Assembly: GCA_030654195.1 (NCBI GenBank) | Contig: JAURXV010000053.1 | Location: 16,958 to 80,957, forward strand | DNA: 64,000 nt | From: Syntrophales bacterium | GTDB taxonomy: Bacteria > Desulfobacterota > Syntrophia > Syntrophales > UBA5619 | Direction of reading: 5' to 3' | Shown: in pieces, positions 32,557 to 40,420 of the stretch | How the letters are laid out: each line of letters opens with the position of its first letter | How positions within the stretch are numbered: the first letter of the stretch is position 1 | Made by a program: the position numbers and the translations under genes | Notes under the pieces: model-generated | The model's database searches: none | Seen by the model: the letters and a program-made list of their open reading frames with translations, nothing else | Told to the model about the DNA's origin: nothing

Positions 32557-32716
32557 GATCGTTTTCAGGTCAGACCTCTTTGGGATATCTCCCGGCCTGC
32601 GCGTCCGCGCGACAATACCTTCAGGCGCGATCCATGTGATGGTTGAATGCGTTTCCGGACAAACGGCCTGGCTTCAGCCGTACCCCGCACCTCGATATAA
32701 AGCCCGTCGGATCCCG

Positions 32717-33430
32717 CTACGGCGCCTTCCGGAAATAATCCCTGAGTCCCGTCACCAGAGCCCGGGCGACGGCCCTCTGCGTCTGCTCCGCGGTCAGCCG
32801 TTTCCGGTCATCCGGGTCGGTCGCAAAACCGATCTCCACAACCAGCCCGGGAATGGTCAGTCCGTCTAAAATCGGGATGGGCGCATCCCGGAGACCCCGT
32901 CCTTTCCTCGGGAAGACCGTTTCAAGAGCGGACTGGATCCGCTGTGCGAGCCTCACGGAATCGTTCAGGGAGGTATTGCGGGCCATATCCTTGATAATAG
33001 GCGATGAATCTCCTCCGCTGGGTACGGACTGCCGAAAGCCCGGGAAATAGACCTCGTACCCGCTCGCCTTCTTTCCGAAACCGGCATTGACATGAAGGCT
33101 CAGCAGGGCGTCTGCTTTCATTGTCCCGGCTGCCTTTACCCTCTCCGCGATCGACAGGGTCCGGTCCGTCGAACGGGTCAATTTGACCTGAAGGCCCGGT
33201 ATTTTCTGCGCCTCCTCGCGGACCAGCAGGGCCAGATTCAGCGTCAGCTCTTTCTCGCGGAGCTTGTCCGACGTCACACCCGGATCATCTCCCCCATGGG
33301 CGGGATCGAGTAAAACGGTATAGGAATCCTGTTGGGGCGCCCCGGAGCCGGCCATCGGAATCAGGCAAAACAGGAACACGGCCAGTGTGAAAACTCCATA
33401 TTTCATGCGCCATCCATTCATCAGTTCCAT
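32717..33430 (-). CDS. N-acetylmuramoyl-L-alanine amidase (Amidase_3 family)
   Basis: VLLDPAHGGDDPG...LSLHVNAG...VVEIGFATDPDD. The start is uncertain: 33430 follows GGAAGGG, while the ORF track gives 33472. A signal-like segment YGVFTLAVFLFCLIPMAG is present. Confidence 0.8.
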   Translation of the reverse strand: MELMNGWRMKYGVFTLAVFLFCLIPMAGSGAPQQDSYTVLLDPAHGGDDPGVTSDKLREKELTLNLALLVREEAQKIPGLQVKLTRSTDRTLSIAERVKAAGTMKADALLSLHVNAGFGKKASGYEVYFPGFRQSVPSGGDSSPIIKDMARNTSLNDSVRLAQRIQSALETVFPRKGRGLRDAPIPILDGLTIPGLVVEIGFATDPDDRKRLTAEQTQRAVARALVTGLRDYFRKAP

Positions 33431-33514
33431 CGTTTCCCTTCCAGCCTTATTGTTCAAAGGCTTGTGCTTCATACAGCAAACTAACGCCGGGTGTCAATGG
33501 AATCATCATGCCCG

Positions 33515-33652
33515 GCCTTCAGCAGGCTGTTGAAAAACGCCCGTCTGCTGCGTTTCCCTCATCCTTCGCCGTTCAACGTACCATAAAGTACGCCTCACGG
33601 CTCAGGATTTCGGGGGCCTTGCGTCCGGACATTTTTGAACAGCCTGTTAGCC
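33515..33652. repeat. Structured inverted-repeat element (MITE-like / small-RNA-like), single copy in window
   Basis: Terminal inverted repeat caggctgttgaaaaa (33522-33536) / tttttgaacagcctg (33631-33645), 14 of 15 complementary. An internal hairpin gtac-cataaa-gtac is present. Intergenic between the amidase and rel genes. Confidence 0.4.
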
Positions 33653-33658
33653 GCCCGA

Positions 33659-35800
33659 TCAGGACCGCCAGATCCTCTCCACCGAGATGACCCCGCGCAA
33701 CTTTCGGATCGCAGCGGAAATTTTATTAAACTGCTTGAGATTGGTTACATTGACACCGAAATGACAGGTAGCCTGACCGTCCGGTGCGGTATTGATCTCC
33801 GCGTGGTATATGTTGACGTCCAGAGAGGAAATCGCAGTGCTGATATCGGCCAGAATGCCCTTGCTGTCGTGGCAGACGATTTTCATCTGCACCGGATATT
33901 CACGTTTCTCGCGAACATCCCACTGTACATTCACCAGCCGCTCGGGATCCATATCACGCACATGGATGCAATTGGCTGTATGAACGGTGATTCCTCTCCC
34001 CCGGGAAATATAACCGATGATCTCATCTCCGGGGATCGGATCGCAACACTTTCCAAACCGGACCATGATGTCATCGATCCCGGTCAGCGACACGCCGATC
34101 GGCTCCGTCTCCGGACCTTTTTTTCGCGTCTTGTCAAGCGGTTCCTCTTTCTTGACCTCTTCTTCCGGAAGAAAATGATGAACGACATGCTTGGGCGACA
34201 CCCTTCCGTAACCGACGAAGGCCAGCAGATCCTCCAGGGATTCGGTATGCAGTTCTTTAAATATCTCCTGCATTTCAGATGATTTCGAAATTTGGCCGAA
34301 TTTCAGGTGGTGTTTCTTGAACTCCTTCTCCAGAAGATCGCGGCCGAGGGCTACGCTCTTCTTGCGCTCCTCGGTCTTGACCCAGTTCCGGATCTTCGCC
34401 ATGGCGCGGGAGGTCACCACATATTTCAGCCAATCCTTGCTGGGATGGTGGCCCGTCTGGGTAATGATTTCGACCCTGTCCCCATTCCGCAGTTGATATT
34501 TCAGCGGAACGATGCTCCGGTTCACCTTGGCGCCGATGCACTGATTGCCGACATCCGTATGGATGCTGTAGGCAAAATCGATGGGGGTCGCCCCCTTCGG
34601 AAAGGATCTCACATCCCCGTTCGGGGTAAAGACGTAAACTTCCTCGGGGAACAAAGCCACTTTCAGATTGGACATGAACTCGCGGGGATTCTCGATCTCC
34701 TGCTGGGCATCCAGCAGATCCCGGAGCTTCTTGATCTGATTATCATCGGGGGAAAAGGACCCCCCTTCCTTGTATCGCCAATGGGCGGCAATTCCCTCCT
34801 CCGCCCAGTCATGCATCGGCCGGGTCCGGATCTGGATCTCAACCCTCTCCCCGTAAGGTCCGATCACGGTCGTATGGAGGGATTGGTAGTGGTTGGCCTT
34901 CGGCATTGCAATATAATCCTTGAACCTTCCGGGGACCGGCGTCCAAAGGGCATGCACCATGCTCAAGGCCTCATAACAATCCTTGTCCTTGTCCGAATCG
35001 AGAATGATCCGGAATGCCGTAAGGTCGTAAACCTCATCGAAATCGATGTGCTGCTCCTTCATCTTCATGTAGATGCTGTAGAAATGTTTGGCCCTTCCCT
35101 CGACTTCGCCCCGGATGCCGAAACTCTCCATCTCGCGGCGGATGATTCCCTTGACCTCCTCGGTATACTCTTCCCGTTTCTTCTGCTTCTTTACGACCCG
35201 TTTTGCAAGTTCGTTGTAGGCCTCAAAGTCGAGATACCGGAAGGAAAGGTCCTCTAACTCTATTTTCATCCAGTTGATCCCCAGCCGGTTGGCCAGCGGC
35301 GCATACAGATCCAGGGACTCTCTCGAGATGTAGAGCTGCCGGTCCGGCGTCTGAAACTCCAGGGTCCGCATGTTGTGGATCCGGTCCGCCAGCCTGACGA
35401 GAAGGATACGGATGTCGGACGACATCGCCAGAATCATCTTGCGGAAATTTTCCGCCTGCCTCTCCTCCTGATTGCCGAGCGTGATCTTGCTGATCTTGGT
35501 CAGTCCGTCGACGAGAAACGCCACCTCCTTGCCGAAGGCCTCTTCGATCTGCTCCTGCGTGGCGAGGGTATCCTCGACGGTATCGTGCAGAAGGCCCGTT
35601 ACCAGCGTCGCCGCATCGAGTTTCATGTCTGCCAGGATGCCGCAGACCTCCATGGGATGGGTCAGGTAGGTTTCGCCGGAGAGACGGATCTGCCCCTGAT
35701 GAACGGATGCGGAAAAAATGTATGCCTTTTCGATCATCCCGAGTTCGGATGGGGAGAGATAAGACTGAACCTTATCGAGGATGTCGTTGATACGAAGCAT
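33659..35800 (-). CDS. rel: Bifunctional (p)ppGpp synthetase/hydrolase (RelA/SpoT homolog)
   Basis: ATG 35800; the ORF-track extension to 35851 runs into the heptamer repeat. Domains in order: HD (HPMEVCGILADMKLD...LLHDTVEDT), synthetase (YQSLHTTV), TGS and ACT. Confidence 0.92.
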   Translation of the reverse strand: MLRINDILDKVQSYLSPSELGMIEKAYIFSASVHQGQIRLSGETYLTHPMEVCGILADMKLDAATLVTGLLHDTVEDTLATQEQIEEAFGKEVAFLVDGLTKISKITLGNQEERQAENFRKMILAMSSDIRILLVRLADRIHNMRTLEFQTPDRQLYISRESLDLYAPLANRLGINWMKIELEDLSFRYLDFEAYNELAKRVVKKQKKREEYTEEVKGIIRREMESFGIRGEVEGRAKHFYSIYMKMKEQHIDFDEVYDLTAFRIILDSDKDKDCYEALSMVHALWTPVPGRFKDYIAMPKANHYQSLHTTVIGPYGERVEIQIRTRPMHDWAEEGIAAHWRYKEGGSFSPDDNQIKKLRDLLDAQQEIENPREFMSNLKVALFPEEVYVFTPNGDVRSFPKGATPIDFAYSIHTDVGNQCIGAKVNRSIVPLKYQLRNGDRVEIITQTGHHPSKDWLKYVVTSRAMAKIRNWVKTEERKKSVALGRDLLEKEFKKHHLKFGQISKSSEMQEIFKELHTESLEDLLAFVGYGRVSPKHVVHHFLPEEEVKKEEPLDKTRKKGPETEPIGVSLTGIDDIMVRFGKCCDPIPGDEIIGYISRGRGITVHTANCIHVRDMDPERLVNVQWDVREKREYPVQMKIVCHDSKGILADISTAISSLDVNIYHAEINTAPDGQATCHFGVNVTNLKQFNKISAAIRKLRGVISVERIWRS

Positions 35801-35810
35801 GGAATTCCTA

Positions 35811-35892
35811 AGTGCTAAGTGCTGAGTGCAAATCTTAGTGCTAAGTGCCAAGTGCCAAGTGCTGAGTGCTAAGTCCTCAGCACTAAGTCTTT
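35811..35892. repeat. Heptanucleotide tandem array (AGTGCTA/AGTGCTG/AGTGCCA units), locus 1
   Basis: agtgcta agtgctg agtgcaa (5-nt offset) agtgcta agtgcca agtgcca agtgctg agtgcta agtcctc agcacta. The last units are complementary to earlier ones (AGTGCTGAG...CTCAGCACT) and overlap the proS stop and last codons. Confidence 0.75.
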
Positions 35893-37575
35893 TAAAAACG
35901 CGGCGACCTCGGAAACCGGCAATGCGATGACTTCTCCGGACCGCCGGGTTTTGATCTCCATTTTCCCTTCGGCCAGCCTCCTGGGACCGACCGTGACACG
36001 ATAGGGGATCCCGATCAGGTCGGCGTCCTTGAACTTGACGCCGGCCCTCTCGTCGCGATCATCCAGGATCACTTCCATGCCATTGGCCTCAAGGGCGTTG
36101 TAAAGATCCTCCGCGGCGGAGAAAAGCGCTTTTTCATTCACATTCACCGGCGTGATGATCACCGGATAGGGGGCAAGCGGCAGCGGCCAGATGATCCCGT
36201 CCGCATCGTGATTCTGCTCGACGGCCGCGGCGACCGTGCGGCCGATGCCGATGCCGTAGCATCCCATAACCATGGTTCGCTCATGACCCTCGCGGTCGAG
36301 ATAGGCGGCCCGCATGGCCTTGCTGTACTTGGTCCCCAATTTGAAGACATGGCCGACTTCGATACCGCGTGCAAAGCGGATCTCTGCGCCACAGCGGGGA
36401 CAGGGATCGGATTCCCGGACCACGCGCAGATCGGCATGGTCTGCAATCAAAAAGTCCCTTCCGGGCTTGACATGGAGAAGGTGAAAATCCTCACGGTTGG
36501 CGCCCATGACGCAATCGGCCATCACCAGAAGTGAATAATCGGCAATGATCCGGGCCTTGATTCCAACGGCGCCCGCAAACCCCCGGGGTGAGCCGGTAAC
36601 TTTCCGGATCATCGCATCATCGGCAAGCTCCAGCAAATCGCAACCGAGGAAATTCTTCACCTTGATCTCGTTGACCTCTTGATCCCCGCGGATCAGGACC
36701 GCGACAGGCGTACCGTCCGCAGAGAAGATCAGGGTCTTGACGACCGCTTCCGGAACGACCCCCAAAAAGCCGCAGACCTCATCGATGGTCCTTACCCCGG
36801 GGGTGTTCACCTCCTCGATGGGGGGCGTCACGCACGCAGGCCCATTCTCCGCCGGCCGGGAGATCTCGGCCTTATCCAGGTTTGCCGCATAGTTGCAGGC
36901 GCCGCAGTAGCAGATGGCATCTTCCCCGGAATCGGCCATCACCATGAATTCGTGCGAATACTTTCCGCCGATGCTTCCCGAGTCCGCCTCGACCGGACGG
37001 AAGTTCAGGCCGCAGCGGGTGAAAATCCGTTGATAGGCATCAAACATCTTCCGATAGCTGATCTCGCTTCCCGCCTCGTCCATATCGAAACTGTACGCGT
37101 CTTTCATGCCGAATTCCCGACAGCGCATCACCCCAAACCGGGGGCGGATCTCATCGCGGAATTTCGTCTGAATCTGATAGAGATTCCGGGGAAGTTGCCG
37201 GTACGATTTGATTTCGTTACGAACCAGATCGGTGATCACCTCTTCATGGGTCGGGCCGAGACAGCACTCCCGGTCGTGTCGATCCCGAAAGCGGAGCAGT
37301 TCCTTGCCGTAATGGACCCACCGTCCGGACTCCTGCCAGAGCTCTGCCGGCTGCACCATCGGCAGAAAGAGCTCCTGAGCGCCCGCCCGGTTCATCTCTT
37401 CCCGGACGATCTGCTCAAACTTGCGGATCACACGGTAACCCAGCGGCAGATACGAATAGACCCCGCTGGTCAGTTTTCTCATCAGACCCGCCCGGATCAT
37501 CAACTGGTGGCTGATCAGTTCCGCGTCGGAAGGGACCTCCCTTCCCGTGGGCAGGAACATCTCCGAATAACGCAT
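35869..37575 (-). CDS. proS: Proline--tRNA ligase
   Basis: ATG 37575 after AAAAGGAGG. MRYSEMFLPTGREVPSDAELISHQLMIRAGLMRKLTSGVYSYLPLG is the canonical bacterial ProRS N-terminus. 568 aa with an editing-domain insertion. Confidence 0.95.
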   Translation of the reverse strand: MRYSEMFLPTGREVPSDAELISHQLMIRAGLMRKLTSGVYSYLPLGYRVIRKFEQIVREEMNRAGAQELFLPMVQPAELWQESGRWVHYGKELLRFRDRHDRECCLGPTHEEVITDLVRNEIKSYRQLPRNLYQIQTKFRDEIRPRFGVMRCREFGMKDAYSFDMDEAGSEISYRKMFDAYQRIFTRCGLNFRPVEADSGSIGGKYSHEFMVMADSGEDAICYCGACNYAANLDKAEISRPAENGPACVTPPIEEVNTPGVRTIDEVCGFLGVVPEAVVKTLIFSADGTPVAVLIRGDQEVNEIKVKNFLGCDLLELADDAMIRKVTGSPRGFAGAVGIKARIIADYSLLVMADCVMGANREDFHLLHVKPGRDFLIADHADLRVVRESDPCPRCGAEIRFARGIEVGHVFKLGTKYSKAMRAAYLDREGHERTMVMGCYGIGIGRTVAAAVEQNHDADGIIWPLPLAPYPVIITPVNVNEKALFSAAEDLYNALEANGMEVILDDRDERAGVKFKDADLIGIPYRVTVGPRRLAEGKMEIKTRRSGEVIALPVSEVAAFLKDLVLRT

Positions 37576-37600
37576 GACGCCTCCTTTTAGACCGCACCCT

Positions 37601-38665
37601 TTACATCTGTTCCATTCTCCGGATCTCTTCGAGCAGTACGGGAAGAAACTCCTCTTCGCTGATCTTCCGGACAACCTTCCCCTTCTTAAACAGCATTCCG
37701 GCGCCCTTTCCTCCCGCGATGCCGATATCCGCTTCGGCAGCCTCCCCGGGGCCGTTGACGACGCAGCCCATTAGGGCGATCTTGATCGGTTTCTTCATCC
37801 CCCGGAGCTCCTCTTCGACCCGCACCGCCAGACCGGCAAGGTCGATCTCGCAGCGACCGCAGGTCGGGCAGGAGATGATGTCCGGTCCGACCCGCCGGAT
37901 ATTCAGCGCGCGCAAAATACCGTATGCCAGGCCGATCTCCGGCACGGGATCGCCGGTGACGGAGACCCGGATCGTGTCGCCGATGCCGTCATAGAGCAGG
38001 GTCCCGATGCCGATGGCGGATTTGATTGCCGACTGAATGAGGGTTCCCGCTTCCGTGACGCCGAGATGAAGCGGATAGTCGGTCTTAGCGGAGACGGTTT
38101 GGTAAGCCTCGATCGTGGTCGCCACATCGGAAGATTTCAGAGAGAGTTTGATCGCGTCAAAGCCCATCTCTTCCAGGATACGGATGTTCTTCAAGGCGCT
38201 CTCCACCAGCGCGGCTGCCGTCGGTCCGCCGTGGCGGGCGGCAATCTCCTTCTCCAGGGAACCGGCATTGATCCCGATCCGGATGACCTTCCGGCTGGTC
38301 CTGGCGACCCTCACGATCTTGCGGATTCCTTCCGGCGAGACATTGCCGGGATTGATCCGGATGCCGTCCGCACCGTGATTCATCGCGAGCAGGGCGAGTT
38401 GATGGCGGAAATGGATATCCGCGATCAGTGGAATATGAATCCGGGAGCGGATCTCATGGATGGCAACCGCGGCCGCTTCATCGGGAACGGCAACGCGGAC
38501 AATTTCGCAGCCCGCCTCCTCCAACCTCCGGACCTGCTCGACCGTGGCTTTGACATCGCGCGTATCGGATGAGGTCATGGACTGAACGACGACCGGCGCA
38601 TTGCCGCCGATCCGGACACCTCCGAGGTCAATGGATTTCGTTTTTCTTCTGCTGGCCGGACTCAC
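37601..38665 (-). CDS. ispG: 4-hydroxy-3-methylbut-2-en-1-yl diphosphate synthase (flavodoxin)
   Basis: 354 aa. VRIGGNAPVVVQSMTSSDTRD...RINPGN...SCPTCGR...MGCVVNGPGE are IspG/GcpE signature motifs. Confidence 0.95.
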   Translation of the reverse strand: MSPASRRKTKSIDLGGVRIGGNAPVVVQSMTSSDTRDVKATVEQVRRLEEAGCEIVRVAVPDEAAAVAIHEIRSRIHIPLIADIHFRHQLALLAMNHGADGIRINPGNVSPEGIRKIVRVARTSRKVIRIGINAGSLEKEIAARHGGPTAAALVESALKNIRILEEMGFDAIKLSLKSSDVATTIEAYQTVSAKTDYPLHLGVTEAGTLIQSAIKSAIGIGTLLYDGIGDTIRVSVTGDPVPEIGLAYGILRALNIRRVGPDIISCPTCGRCEIDLAGLAVRVEEELRGMKKPIKIALMGCVVNGPGEAAEADIGIAGGKGAGMLFKKGKVVRKISEEEFLPVLLEEIRRMEQM

Positions 38666-38730
38666 TGACGCACTCCACCGATTTCACTTATCTCGTCTGG
38701 CCCCATTTCGAGACCCGGAAACGCGTTATC

Positions 38731-38813
38731 CGTCATTGCGAGAGAAGCGAAGCAATCCCATCCGCATTCAATAATCCCTGAGATTGACGCGGCGCTGCGC
38801 GCCTCGCAACGAC
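38731..38813. repeat. Inverted-repeat intergenic element (cgtcattgcgag ... ctcgcaacgac)
   Basis: Arms at 38731-38742 and 38803-38813, complementary with 1 mismatch. The core aagcgaagcaatcc resembles an intergenic repeat I recall from many anaerobe genomes (recollection only). Confidence 0.4.
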
Positions 38814-38871
38814 AGCGAGGGCGGAAATTCAAGGTCCTACTTTATGAAAAACCACCAGTTGGACCAGCCCT

Positions 38872-40281
38872 CTATCGACCGCGCCAGCAGTAGAGGCAAA
38901 GATCCTTCTCCGGAAGACCGATCGCTGCGATCATATCTTCGATATGAATGTATTTAAGAGAGGTCACATTTAGATCCTGCCGGATCCACTCAATCATTCT
39001 CCGGTATCGTTCGGAGGCGTGGTCCAGATATTCGTCGATATGTTCCATATTCTCGCCGTCAAGGGCGCGGATCGCCCGGTGGGAAGCCAGTTCGGCGATC
39101 GTTCTCGTGGAAGAGGCGTATCGGCAGGGAAACATCAGAGGCGGACAGGCAGGGCGGACATGGATCTCCTTCGCACCGTTGTCCCATAGTTTCCGGATCG
39201 TGTAATTTTTCAGTTGCGTTCCCCGGACGATCGAGTCATCACACACCACCATCCGGCTTTCCCGTATCACATCCCGCACGGCGCTGAGCTTCATCGTGGC
39301 CACAAGGTCCCGGATGTCCTGTGAAGGGGGCGTGTAACTTCTCCCGTATCCCGGCGTGTATTTGACCAGCGGACGGCGGTATGGAAGACCAGACTCCATC
39401 GCATAACCGATGGCGTGGCCGACACCGGAATCGGGGACGCCCGCGACAAAATCCGCATTAACCTGATCGCCGCGGGCCATGGCCCGACCGCACCGCTCGC
39501 GGGCGTTTTCAACACTGATTCCCTCATAGATCGAGGCCGGATCTCCGATGTAGATCCAGAGGAAGGCGCAGACATGCTTCTCTTCCCCGGGCTTCCGCTC
39601 CGTGTGAATCCCGTTGGCATCAAGACGCACGATCTCCCCCGGTCCGAGGGAGCGGCTCAGCTCATAGCCGAGGTTCGCAAAGGAACTCGATTCGGTTGCG
39701 GCCGCAAAGCCCGGCGTTGATCCCGATTCACCGATCTCTCTCCCGATGACCAGCGGAAAACGGCCGTAGCGGTCCCGTGCCGCATAAATCCCTTCCCGGG
39801 CCATCAACAAAACACAGATCGACCCCTCGATGGACCGCTGCATCCGGCCGATTCCATCGACGATGCTTTCGCCGCGGTTGATCAGTTTTGCGACCAGTTC
39901 GACGTTGTTTACGCCGCCGTCCTCCATTTCGCTGAAGGAGGCGCCATCCCGGAGAAGATCGTGGGTCAGTTCTTCCTTATTGGTGATCAGTCCGATTGCG
40001 GCAAGGGCATAGGACCCGAACTTCGAACGGATGATCAACGGCTGGGGGGATTCGTCATCAATCGCCCCGATGCCCATCCGGCCGACCATTCCCTTGTAAT
40101 CCTCTACAAAACGGGACTTGAACTGGGCCTGGCTTATGCTGTGAATGGTGTGGCTGAACCCCCCATCGCCCAAAACGGCCAACCCCGCATTTTCGGTCCC
40201 GAGATGGGAGTGGTAATCCGTTCCGTAAAACAAGGTCTTTGCACAATTCCCTTCCGATACGACGCCGAAGATCCCACCCAT
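38872..40281 (-). CDS. Amidophosphoribosyltransferase-like protein (PurF family) lacking the N-terminal Cys nucleophile
   Basis: ATG 40281 gives MGGIFGVVSEG... (canonical PurF has MCGI...). It has a class-II GATase fold, a PRTase motif VVCDDSIVRGTQ and C-terminal Cys residues (ACPPLMFPCRY...CLYCW) like the PurF Fe-S site. Confidence 0.8.
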   Translation of the reverse strand: MGGIFGVVSEGNCAKTLFYGTDYHSHLGTENAGLAVLGDGGFSHTIHSISQAQFKSRFVEDYKGMVGRMGIGAIDDESPQPLIIRSKFGSYALAAIGLITNKEELTHDLLRDGASFSEMEDGGVNNVELVAKLINRGESIVDGIGRMQRSIEGSICVLLMAREGIYAARDRYGRFPLVIGREIGESGSTPGFAAATESSSFANLGYELSRSLGPGEIVRLDANGIHTERKPGEEKHVCAFLWIYIGDPASIYEGISVENARERCGRAMARGDQVNADFVAGVPDSGVGHAIGYAMESGLPYRRPLVKYTPGYGRSYTPPSQDIRDLVATMKLSAVRDVIRESRMVVCDDSIVRGTQLKNYTIRKLWDNGAKEIHVRPACPPLMFPCRYASSTRTIAELASHRAIRALDGENMEHIDEYLDHASERYRRMIEWIRQDLNVTSLKYIHIEDMIAAIGLPEKDLCLYCWRGR

Positions 40282-40350
40282 GTTTCCCACCCTCTTAAGA
40301 TGCCTACATTCAAGTGATAACCTGTGGAGTCCGGTTCTCCCTTTCTCTTT

Positions 40351-40420
40351 AGGACTGAGGACTGAGGACTGAGTGCCCAGCACTTCGCACTCAGCACTCA
40401 GCACTTCGCACTCAGTACTT
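40351..40420. repeat. Heptanucleotide tandem array, locus 2 (same motif family as 35811-35892, opposite orientation)
   Basis: aggactg x3, agtgccc, agcactt, cgcactc, agcactc, agcactt, cgcactc, agtactt, making 10 units of 7 nt. The minus strand reads AAGTACT GAGTGCG AAGTGCT GAGTGCT ... CAGTCCT x3. It overlaps the aminotransferase stop codon. Confidence 0.75.

Noticed and set aside
35811-35892. CRISPR array
   Set aside because: The units are 7 nt and contiguous, with no spacers, and no cas genes lie in the window. This is a simple tandem repeat, not a CRISPR.
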